A stretch of DNA of 64,000 nucleotides from Prolixibacteraceae bacterium (GTDB lineage: Bacteria; Bacteroidota; Bacteroidia; Bacteroidales; Prolixibacteraceae): positions 114,247 to 178,246 of the forward strand of contig CAXXQD010000010.1 of the NCBI GenBank assembly GCA_963677475.2, read 5' to 3'. Below, in pieces: positions 1 through 7,624 of this stretch (positions within the stretch are counted from its first letter, which is position 1; the number at the start of each line of letters is the position of its first letter). The notes beneath the pieces are model-generated. The model was not told the origin of the DNA. It saw only the letters and a program-made list of their open reading frames with translations, and searched no databases. The position numbers were made by a program, and so were the translations under genes.

Positions 1-1095
1 GGTTATTTCTATATCCGTGCCGAATATCCATTGGCTGTTAAGCGTATTTCAGAAGCCCTGGAAATAACCAGGGAAAAAGGTTATTTGGGCAATAATATCT
101 TAGATAGTGGATTTTCTTTTGATATTCAAATTGCAGAAGGGGCAGGTGCATTTGTGTGTGGAGAAGAAACTGCACTAATTGAATCCATACAGGGGAGTAG
201 GGGATTCCCCAAACTTCGTCCTCCCTTCCCAGCTGTTGAAGGATTATGGGGCAAACCAACGCTTGTAAATAATACCGAAACCTTTGCTTTGATTTCTTAT
301 GTATTCAGAAATGGCGCGGAGAAATTTAACAAAATTGGCACCGAAAACAGCAAAGGTACCAAAGTATTTGCCTTGGCAGGGAAAGTAGCGCGGGGAGGCT
401 TGATTGAAGTACCAATGGGTATCACCATCAACAAAGTAATTGAAGAGATTGGTGGTGGTATAGCAAATGGCAGAAAATTTAAAGCTGTACAAATTGGAGG
501 TCCTTCGGGTGGATGTATCCCTGCAAGTTTGGGCGAAACCCCCATTGATTTTAAGTCGCTCCAGGAATTGGGTGCCATGATGGGATCAGGAGGCTTGGTG
601 GTTTTAGACGACACCGACTGTATGGTTGACATCGCAAGGTTTTTCTTGTCGTTCACCCAAAACGAGTCGTGTGGCAAATGCACGTTTTGCCGGATTGGGA
701 CAAGGCGTATGTTGGATATCCTGGATAATTTATGTGAAGGTAAAGGTAAAAAAGGCGATTTGGAAGAATTGGAAGACCTTGCGTTATGGACGCAAAAAGG
801 AAGCTTATGCAACCTCGGTAAAACAGCTCCAAACCCTGTACTTTCTTCACTCAAATATTTCAGGGAAGAATATGAAGCGCACCTCGAAGGGAAATGCCCC
901 ACAGGAAAATGCACGGCTTTAATTAAATATTCGATAAACGACCAATGTATTGGCTGTACAATATGTGCACAGAAGTGCCCAACAGATGCAATTCCGTTTA
1001 ATCCGCATGAAAAGCATGAAATTATTCAGGATTTATGCATCAAATGCGATACCTGCAAACAGGTTTGCCCCGAAAATGCAATTGAAATACACTAG
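1..1095 (+). CDS. NuoF/HydB-like NAD(P)H-binding FMN Fe-S flavoprotein subunit, 5' partial
   Basis: Frame is open from base 1 (GYFYIRAEYP...). GAGAFVCGEETALIESIQG FMN/NADH motif, ESCGKCTFCRIG 4Fe-4S motif, and two C-terminal CxxCxxCxxxCP ferredoxin motifs. Confidence 0.9.
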   Translation, partial: GYFYIRAEYPLAVKRISEALEITREKGYLGNNILDSGFSFDIQIAEGAGAFVCGEETALIESIQGSRGFPKLRPPFPAVEGLWGKPTLVNNTETFALISYVFRNGAEKFNKIGTENSKGTKVFALAGKVARGGLIEVPMGITINKVIEEIGGGIANGRKFKAVQIGGPSGGCIPASLGETPIDFKSLQELGAMMGSGGLVVLDDTDCMVDIARFFLSFTQNESCGKCTFCRIGTRRMLDILDNLCEGKGKKGDLEELEDLALWTQKGSLCNLGKTAPNPVLSSLKYFREEYEAHLEGKCPTGKCTALIKYSINDQCIGCTICAQKCPTDAIPFNPHEKHEIIQDLCIKCDTCKQVCPENAIEIH

Positions 1096-1137
1096 TTACT
1101 GGTTGCTGGATACTGGTTTCTGGTTTTTACTTACTAT
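1096..1137. repeat. Degenerate heptanucleotide tandem repeat (ttactgg ttgctgg atactgg tttctgg tttttac ttactat)
   Basis: 7-nt periodicity read directly from the sequence. Contains gtttctggtt (1116-1125), the inverted partner of aaccagaaac at 1527-1536. Confidence 0.75.
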
Positions 1138-1148
1138 AATGGTTAAAA

Positions 1149-1520
1149 ATGAGTAGTTATAATGATCTTGAAATATATAAGTCAGCTTTTGATCTTGCTA
1201 TTAAAATTCACCATTTTAGTTTACAACTTCCGTCTTTTGAATTATACGAACAAGGAAGTCAAATTCGAAGAGCTTCAAAAAGTATAAAAGATCAAATTTC
1301 GGAAGGTTATGGAAGAAAAAGATATAAAGCAGATTTTATTAAGTTTCTTACATACTCACAAGCCTCATGTGATGAAACAATAAATCATTTAAATACAATA
1401 AAAGTGTTGTATCCTAAACTAATTGATACTGACAGCTTAATAGAAGAAGCTATAATACTTGGCAAAAGAATTAATAAATTCATACAGTATGTAGATTCAA
1501 GCTGGAATAGAAATAAATAA
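1149..1520 (+). CDS. Four-helix-bundle protein (23S rRNA intervening-sequence protein / Avd-like family)
   Basis: 123 aa. The pattern YELYEQGSQIRRASKSIKDQISEGYGR...F..FL.YS.AS..ET..HL is typical of this family. It sits between two oxidoreductase subunit genes. Confidence 0.8.
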   Translation: MSSYNDLEIYKSAFDLAIKIHHFSLQLPSFELYEQGSQIRRASKSIKDQISEGYGRKRYKADFIKFLTYSQASCDETINHLNTIKVLYPKLIDTDSLIEEAIILGKRINKFIQYVDSSWNRNK

Positions 1521-1555
1521 ACAAGTAACCAGAAACTTGTAACAAGCAACTTTTA
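1521..1555. repeat. Degenerate heptanucleotide tandem repeat (acaagta accagaa acttgta acaagca actttta)
   Basis: 7-nt periodicity. Inverted relative to the left-hand array. Confidence 0.7.
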
Positions 1556-1557
1556 AT

Positions 1558-3114
1558 ATGATCAAACTCAAGATAGACAACAAAAATATTGAGGTTAAAG
1601 AAGGAACCTCCATCCTAACTGCCGCAAAACAAATGGGAATAGAAATCCCGACAATGTGCTGGCATAAAGATTTAGAGCATTTTACATCGTGCATGGTTTG
1701 TTTGGTGAAAGATGAAAAAACAGAAAAGTTAATTGCATCCTGTTCTGTAAAAGCGGAAGAAGGAATGCAAATTAGCACTATGGATGAAGAAATCCGAACT
1801 GCCAGAAAAACAGCCCTGGAACTTCTTATGAGCGAACATGTTGGCGACTGTGAGGCTCCCTGCCAAATTGCTTGTCCGGCACACATGGATATCCCAAAAA
1901 TGAACCGCTTAATTGCCAACGGAAAGCTTGATGAAGCTTTGGAAACAGTGATGCAGGATATTGCACTCCCTTCAGTTTTAGGTAGGATTTGTCCTGCCCC
2001 CTGCGAAGGCGCCTGCCATAGAAAAACTGTGGACGAGGCAGTCTCTATTTGCCTTTTAAAGCGAATTGTTGGCGACCAGGCTGCCGAATCTTTTTATAAA
2101 AATTTACAAATTGAACCACCTAAAGGAAAGAAAATAGCAATTATTGGTGCAGGACCTGCCGGATTGGCTGCAGCATTTTATCTGCAAATTAGAGGTTATA
2201 ATTGTAGCATTTTTGAGCAAAATGATCAGCCAGGAGGGTTTCTTTTGACCGACAAACTGGATGAAAAACTTCCAAAAGAAGTACTTGTTAAAGAAATCAA
2301 AAACCTTTTAAGCACGGGAATCCAGCTAAACCTAAATAAAGAAATAAATCTTGAAGGATTTCTTGAATTACAAAAGGAATTTGATGTTGTAATTGTTGCT
2401 TCCGGTACTGGTGGAGAAAGATTAAAGGATTGGGGACTGGAAGTAAATGCAAAAGGAATTGAAATTACCCAGGGAACATATCAAACCAATATTGAATGTG
2501 TATTTGCAATAGGAAATGCTTTAAGAAGTTCAAGGTTGGCGGTTAGATCAGTTGGACAGGGGAAAGAACTTGCCTTCGCAGTTGATCAATATCTTCAAGG
2601 CAAAAAGGTTATTGGAGAACCAATGTTGTTTAATTCCAGGTTCGGAAGGTTGGTTGCCGACGAATATGCAGAATATTTGAAAGAATCAGTTGGAGATCAG
2701 CGTTTTGTTCCAGATAAAGGAATCGCTGATGGATTCAGCATTGAGGAAGCAAAAAAAGAAGCTGCCAGATGTTTGCATTGCGACTGTCGTAAATTTGACA
2801 ATTGTACATTGCGAGACCTTTCAGAAGAATATAAAGCAAATCAGAAACGGTTTTCGTTTGGGTCCCGAAAAAATATCCAAAAGGTAATTAACCATGATCT
2901 GGTGATTTATGAACCACAAAAATGCATTAAATGTGGAATCTGTGTCCGTTTGACCGAAAAGCATGGCGAACGTTTTGGTTTCACCTTTATTGGTAGAGGG
3001 TTTGATGTGGTTGTGGGTGTACCGTTCAACGAAGAGCTAAAAGAGGGGATTGCAAAAACAGCAAAATTAGTGGTAGAATCGTGCCCGACCGGAGCGCTGG
3101 CAATGAAAGAATAA
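1558..3114 (+). CDS. 2Fe-2S / GltD-like FAD-NAD(P)H oxidoreductase with C-terminal 4Fe-4S ferredoxin domain
   Basis: N-terminal NuoG-like 2Fe-2S segment (IPTMCW...CMVCLV). CEAPC and CPAPCEGAC cluster motifs. GAGPAGLAAAFYL dinucleotide fold. C-terminal CIKCGICV...CPTGAL. Confidence 0.85.
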   Translation: MIKLKIDNKNIEVKEGTSILTAAKQMGIEIPTMCWHKDLEHFTSCMVCLVKDEKTEKLIASCSVKAEEGMQISTMDEEIRTARKTALELLMSEHVGDCEAPCQIACPAHMDIPKMNRLIANGKLDEALETVMQDIALPSVLGRICPAPCEGACHRKTVDEAVSICLLKRIVGDQAAESFYKNLQIEPPKGKKIAIIGAGPAGLAAAFYLQIRGYNCSIFEQNDQPGGFLLTDKLDEKLPKEVLVKEIKNLLSTGIQLNLNKEINLEGFLELQKEFDVVIVASGTGGERLKDWGLEVNAKGIEITQGTYQTNIECVFAIGNALRSSRLAVRSVGQGKELAFAVDQYLQGKKVIGEPMLFNSRFGRLVADEYAEYLKESVGDQRFVPDKGIADGFSIEEAKKEAARCLHCDCRKFDNCTLRDLSEEYKANQKRFSFGSRKNIQKVINHDLVIYEPQKCIKCGICVRLTEKHGERFGFTFIGRGFDVVVGVPFNEELKEGIAKTAKLVVESCPTGALAMKE

Positions 3115-3189
3115 GGTATAGATACATTTTAATTTAAAATAAGATGTAATTTATTTTATAATAGTAATAGCTCGTTTAGATGATTAAAG

Positions 3190-3737
3190 AATCCACCCTC
3201 AAAGAAGGTGGACTTATAAGAAAGCCCCTATAAGGGGCCAAAGTTGAGCCGATGTTGCTCTTCGAGACGTTCTTGATCTTCTTGATATTTCACGTATTTC
3301 TTGATCTTATCTTCGTCAAGACCGATTGTGTCAACACAATATCCTTTGGACCAAAAGTGATTGCCCCAATATGGTTTTGTTCGCAATTGAGGATAACTTT
3401 TGAAAATCTTAATGGCGGTTTTGCCTTTCAATATCCCCATTAGTTGCGATATTGAAATCTTGGGTGGAACACTGACAATCAGATGAATATGATCTTTTTG
3501 AATATTCATCTCCATCATTTCACAGGATTTCCATTCCAACAACATCGGGATGTCATGCTGAAGCAGTTCCTTGACAAGACCTTCAAGAACGCGAAATCGA
3601 TACTTGGGTGTCCATACAACATGGTAAGTACACCTATAAATTACATGATTCAATTTCTTAAAATTACTCATGTAACGAAGTTAAATAATTTTTAGGCTTA
3701 GCCAATTAAACATGACCACCCCCGAAGGAGGTGGTTT
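3190..3737 (-). mobile_element. IS200-type insertion sequence (IS200/IS605 family, tnpA only)
   Basis: Y1 transposase gene flanked by similar subterminal hairpins: tccaccctcaaagaaggtgga (3192-3212) and accacccccgaaggaggtggt (3715-3735). Confidence 0.8.
3228..3671 (-). CDS. tnpA: IS200/IS605 family Y1 (HUH) transposase TnpA
   Basis: 147 aa. YHVVWTPKYRFRVL and HIHLIVSVPPK (HUH) motifs, and a C-terminal Y region. Confidence 0.92.
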   Translation of the reverse strand: MSNFKKLNHVIYRCTYHVVWTPKYRFRVLEGLVKELLQHDIPMLLEWKSCEMMEMNIQKDHIHLIVSVPPKISISQLMGILKGKTAIKIFKSYPQLRTKPYWGNHFWSKGYCVDTIGLDEDKIKKYVKYQEDQERLEEQHRLNFGPL

Positions 3738-3762
3738 TAACGATTATAATAAAAACTTTTTT

Positions 3763-3828
3763 ATGTCCTGTAAGGACATACTAATTATAGATACCGATAA
3801 CATATTAATATTAAAGTCCCATAGGGAC
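3763..3828. repeat. Two REP-like hairpins upstream of the RAYT-like gene
   Basis: atgtcc-tgtaa-ggacat (3763-3779) and gtccc-ata-gggac (3816-3828). Confidence 0.7.
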
Positions 3829-3873
3829 GATATATAATCCAAATGACGATTCCAGAACCTAAAACACACAATT

Positions 3874-4335
3874 ATGGCTAATACCTATACAAAGATTTAC
3901 ATTCAGGTAGTATTTGCGGTTCAAAATAGAAAATGCCTTATTCTTGAATCATGGAAAGATGAATTATATAAATATATTACAGCAATAATCCAAAATAGTG
4001 GACATAAATTAATTGCAATCAACGGAGTAGGAGATCATATTCACCTTTTTATTGGAATGAAACCAATTCAGGCTTTATCTGACCTGATTAAGCACATTAA
4101 AGGAGATTCTTCGAAATGGATTAATAAAAAGGGGTTCATTAGTGGAAAATTCTCTTGGCAAGAAGGATTTGGTGCATTTTCATATAGCAGCTCGCAAATT
4201 GATCGAGTTGTAAAATATATATTAAACCAGGAAAATCATCACAAAAGAAGATCCTTTAAGGATGAATATTTGGAAATTTTGCAAAAAAACGACATAAAAT
4301 ATAATGATAAATACATTTTTAAAGATATACTTTAA
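3874..4335 (+). CDS. RAYT-like / IS200-like Y1 transposase (REP-associated tyrosine transposase candidate)
   Basis: 153 aa. IYIQVVFAVQNR start, GDHIHLFIGMKP HUH motif, C-terminal YILNQENHH. Flanked by GTCC(C/T)-loop-GGAC hairpins. Confidence 0.8.
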   Translation: MANTYTKIYIQVVFAVQNRKCLILESWKDELYKYITAIIQNSGHKLIAINGVGDHIHLFIGMKPIQALSDLIKHIKGDSSKWINKKGFISGKFSWQEGFGAFSYSSSQIDRVVKYILNQENHHKRRSFKDEYLEILQKNDIKYNDKYIFKDIL

Positions 4336-4340
4336 ATGCC

Positions 4341-4404
4341 GTCCTTACAGGACTTTTGCTTAATTTAGTGTGTGCTTTTAAAAACAGCTTGTCCCTAACG
4401 GGAC
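4341..4404. repeat. Two REP-like hairpins downstream of the RAYT-like gene
   Basis: gtcct-taca-ggac (4341-4353) and gtccc-taac-gggac (4391-4404). Confidence 0.7.
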
Positions 4405-4426
4405 TTTGGGTTAGTAAAAAATAAAA

Positions 4427-5536
4427 ATGAAACAATACATTCTAATACTCTTTATTCTTCATATAACAATATATGGGCATGCCCAAACACAAAACGAATG
4501 GACAAATTTCAGGGGAAACCAACAATTAACAGGGGTTTCCAATGCTGAAGTTCCTGACAACCCTAAACTTATTTGGACATATACCGCTGATGACAACATA
4601 AAATCCTCCCCGGTCGTCGGGAACAATCGAATTGTTATCGGTTCGACCGATGGATTTGTGTATTGCCTGGATATGGAAGGAAAACTTCAATGGAAATTCA
4701 ACACTGAAAACAGCATTGAGGCATCTCCGCTAATTCTTAACAATACTGTGTATGTGGGCAACCTCGATGGAAAACTTTATGCCATCAACATCCAAAATGG
4801 GAAAGAGGAATGGCTTTACGAATGCGACAACCAAATCAGTGGTTCGCCAAACTGGTGGAAAGATGGCGATGCAACCTATATTTTTGTAGGCAGTTACGAT
4901 TATTTTCTTCACTGTGTGGATTCAAAAACCGGAAAATTACGCTGGAAATACGAATCGGATAATTTTGTAAACGGAGCTGCTGCATGCATTAACGGACTTG
5001 CAGTTTTTGGCGGTTGCGACGGCTTTCTTCATATTATCGATATCCGGTCGGGAAAGCTTTCTGCAAAAATCGATGTGGCTACCTACATTGCAAGTTCAGC
5101 TGCCCTTGAAGGAAAATATGCCTATTTCGGCGATTACGATGGAAAATTTTCGAAGGTTGACATGGAGGCAAAAAAAATAACCTGGTCGTGGGAAAAAGGC
5201 GATCAACATTTGCCTTTTCTTGCTTCTCCTGCTTTGTCAGGAAATAAAATCGTAATTGGGAGCAACAATAAGTTTGTGTATTGTTTTGATAAAAATACCG
5301 GGGCACTGGAGTGGGAGTATAATTCAGGGAAAAAAATTGATGCCTCCGCAATTATTTCGGGAAAAAAGGTTTTGATTGGAAACACAAGGGGCGATTTAAT
5401 TGTTCTTGGTTTAGAAAAAGGAAATAAAATCTGGAGCTATGAAATCGGAAGCCCAATTTTTAGCAATCCGGCTTTAATAAACCATAAAATAATTGTTGGT
5501 GCCTACGATGGAACGATATATTGTTTTGGAAAGTAG
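4427..5536 (+). CDS. PQQ-like beta-propeller repeat protein (BamB-like fold), secreted
   Basis: Signal peptide. Repeated G.vy.gs.dg.lya.d..tG...W motifs across 369 aa. Confidence 0.8.
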   Translation: MKQYILILFILHITIYGHAQTQNEWTNFRGNQQLTGVSNAEVPDNPKLIWTYTADDNIKSSPVVGNNRIVIGSTDGFVYCLDMEGKLQWKFNTENSIEASPLILNNTVYVGNLDGKLYAINIQNGKEEWLYECDNQISGSPNWWKDGDATYIFVGSYDYFLHCVDSKTGKLRWKYESDNFVNGAAACINGLAVFGGCDGFLHIIDIRSGKLSAKIDVATYIASSAALEGKYAYFGDYDGKFSKVDMEAKKITWSWEKGDQHLPFLASPALSGNKIVIGSNNKFVYCFDKNTGALEWEYNSGKKIDASAIISGKKVLIGNTRGDLIVLGLEKGNKIWSYEIGSPIFSNPALINHKIIVGAYDGTIYCFGK

Positions 5537-5542
5537 AAGAGT

Positions 5543-6835
5543 ATGAATATTATTCAAATAATACCAGGTTCGGGAGGTTCATTTTATTGTGGCAACTGCC
5601 TTCGCGACAGTAAATATGTGGACGCCTTACGTGCCGAAGGGCATCAGGTTATTAAAATCCCGATGTACCTTCCCTTGTTTTCTGATGAACATGACATTAC
5701 GGATATTCCTGTGTTTTATGGGGCAATAAGTATCTACCTGAAACAAGTCTATCCGATCTTTCGAAAAGCCCCAAAATGGTTCGACCGCTTTCTAAATTCT
5801 AAACCCATGATGCGATTAGCAGCTTCAATGGCTGGCTCAACCAGGGCCAAAGGTTTGGAAGATATGACCTTGTCGATGCTTTTGGGCGAAGAAGGGGAAC
5901 AAAAGGAAGAATTGGATAAAATGGTTGATTGGATTGCGGAACATTGCAACCCGGATGTTATCCATATTTCCAACGCGCTACTGCTCGGTTTGGCTAAAAA
6001 GATAAAAGAAAAAATCAATGTTCCTGTATTTTGTTCCCTTCAGGATGAAGATGTTTGGGTGGATGCCATGCAACCTTCATTTCAGGAACGGATATGGAAA
6101 TTAATGCATAAGAAAGCCCGGGATGTAGATACATTTATTGCTGTGAGCAATTACTTTGCAGAAGTAATGCAGAAAAGAATGGAGCTTTCTCCCGAAAAAA
6201 TCAAAAATGTATATTTGGGCGTTGCCCCCGAAGACTATTTATTTAAAAATTCGGCTGATAAGCCGCGAAATGTTGCCTACATATCACGTATGTGCCATGA
6301 AAATGGATTTGATATTGCCATGGACGCGTTTATCCTTCTAAAACAAAAAAAAGGGTTCGATGATGTTAAATTTATCGCAACCGGGGGATCAACGGGCGAT
6401 GATAAGGCATATCTTAAGAAAATTAAAGAGAAAATAAAAAAGCACAAACTTGAGAATGATGTCGATTTTCATGAGGATTTTGAAGGTCCCGGAAGGCAGT
6501 TGTTTTTCGAAAAATCTGCTCTAATTTCGGTTCCTGTAAGAAATGGCGAAGCATTTGGAATGTATTTATTGGAATCTATGGCATCCGGAATTCCGGTGGT
6601 GCAGCCTCCTTTGGGCGCTTTTCCTGAAATTGTGGAAATATCGCAGGGTGGCATGATTTACAAAGAAAATACACCCGATGAACTCGCAAATGCCTGGGCT
6701 GATTTATTGTCAAACAAAGACAAATTACAACAACTTAGCAAGCAGGCCAGAAAAGGTGTGGAAGAAAGATTTAATATCCACCAACATGCCAAAGAAATGG
6801 TGGAAACATATAAAACAATGAGTATTGAGCAATGA
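5543..6835 (+). CDS. Glycosyltransferase family 4 (GT-B)
   Basis: C-terminal EAFGMYLLESMASGIPVV motif typical of the GT4 E-x7-E region. Confidence 0.8.
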   Translation: MNIIQIIPGSGGSFYCGNCLRDSKYVDALRAEGHQVIKIPMYLPLFSDEHDITDIPVFYGAISIYLKQVYPIFRKAPKWFDRFLNSKPMMRLAASMAGSTRAKGLEDMTLSMLLGEEGEQKEELDKMVDWIAEHCNPDVIHISNALLLGLAKKIKEKINVPVFCSLQDEDVWVDAMQPSFQERIWKLMHKKARDVDTFIAVSNYFAEVMQKRMELSPEKIKNVYLGVAPEDYLFKNSADKPRNVAYISRMCHENGFDIAMDAFILLKQKKGFDDVKFIATGGSTGDDKAYLKKIKEKIKKHKLENDVDFHEDFEGPGRQLFFEKSALISVPVRNGEAFGMYLLESMASGIPVVQPPLGAFPEIVEISQGGMIYKENTPDELANAWADLLSNKDKLQQLSKQARKGVEERFNIHQHAKEMVETYKTMSIEQ

Positions 6836-6849
6836 GTAGAAAGAAAAAT

Positions 6850-6912
6850 CTTGATACTTGATACTGATTACTTGATACTTTTAGCTTGAAGCTTAATGCT
6901 TGTAACTAATAT
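6850..6912. repeat. Heptanucleotide tandem repeat, about 9 units (cttgata cttgata ctgatta cttgata cttttag cttgaag cttaatg cttgtaa ctaatat)
   Basis: Strict 7-nt phasing of CTT read directly from the sequence. Spans the intergenic leader of the ABC ATPase gene. Confidence 0.8.
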
Positions 6913-7582
6913 GTTAGAACTAAAAAATATTACCAAAAGCTATGGAGAGCCCGGAAGTTCTGCTCACCACATAGTTTTGAACGACCTTTCGTTCACGATT
7001 GCAAAAGGCGAAAAAATTGCCATTGTTGGTCCAAGCGGTTGTGGCAAAACCACCTTTTTGAATATCGCTGGGGCAATGGATATCCCTGATTCAGGAGAAA
7101 TTATTTTTGATGGGGAAATCCTTAGCAATTTCACGAAATCAGGGATGGCTGGGTTTCGAAATAAACAACTGGGTTTTATTTTTCAGATGCACCATCTTTT
7201 GCCACAATTAAGTCTTTTAGAAAATATTCTGCTACCGTTAATTCCAAATAATAAGCGTTTGTTAAAAACAGACATGGAATGGGCAGAGTATTTATTAAAC
7301 AAAGCCGGTATTTGGCAACAACGTGATCAAAAGCCAGCTGAGTTATCGGGAGGAGAGTGCCAAAGAACCGCCGTAGTTCGCTCATTGATCAATAAACCCA
7401 AACTTATTTTAGCGGATGAACCAACTGGTGCCTTGGATGAAAAAAATGCTGAAAACATCTCAGACCTCCTGTTATTACTGAGCGAAGAACAAGAATCTTC
7501 GCTGATCGTAGTCACCCATTCGCAGGTTTTGGCTAATAAAATGGGAAAGACCTATTCTATGCATAATGGAACTTTGAAATAG
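6911..7582 (+). CDS. ABC transporter ATP-binding protein (LolD/MacB-type)
   Basis: Walker A GPSGCGKTT, signature LSGGECQR, Walker B LILADEPTGALD. ATG at 6911 preferred over 6896, which lies inside the heptad repeat. Confidence 0.9.
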   Translation: MLELKNITKSYGEPGSSAHHIVLNDLSFTIAKGEKIAIVGPSGCGKTTFLNIAGAMDIPDSGEIIFDGEILSNFTKSGMAGFRNKQLGFIFQMHHLLPQLSLLENILLPLIPNNKRLLKTDMEWAEYLLNKAGIWQQRDQKPAELSGGECQRTAVVRSLINKPKLILADEPTGALDEKNAENISDLLLLLSEEQESSLIVVTHSQVLANKMGKTYSMHNGTLK

Positions 7583-7624
7583 GTATTATTTTACTGGGAA
7601 TGGTAATCGAACACGAGTAATCAA

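Noticed and set aside
297-914. 205-aa minus-strand ORF inside the NuoF-like gene. Similar long antisense ORFs occur at 9301-9918, 23248-23649, 30660-31025, 54928-55311 and 57446-58147.
   Set aside because: They lie entirely within well-supported genes on the opposite strand, have low-complexity or odd composition, and carry no motifs. They are shadow ORFs typical of AT-rich DNA.
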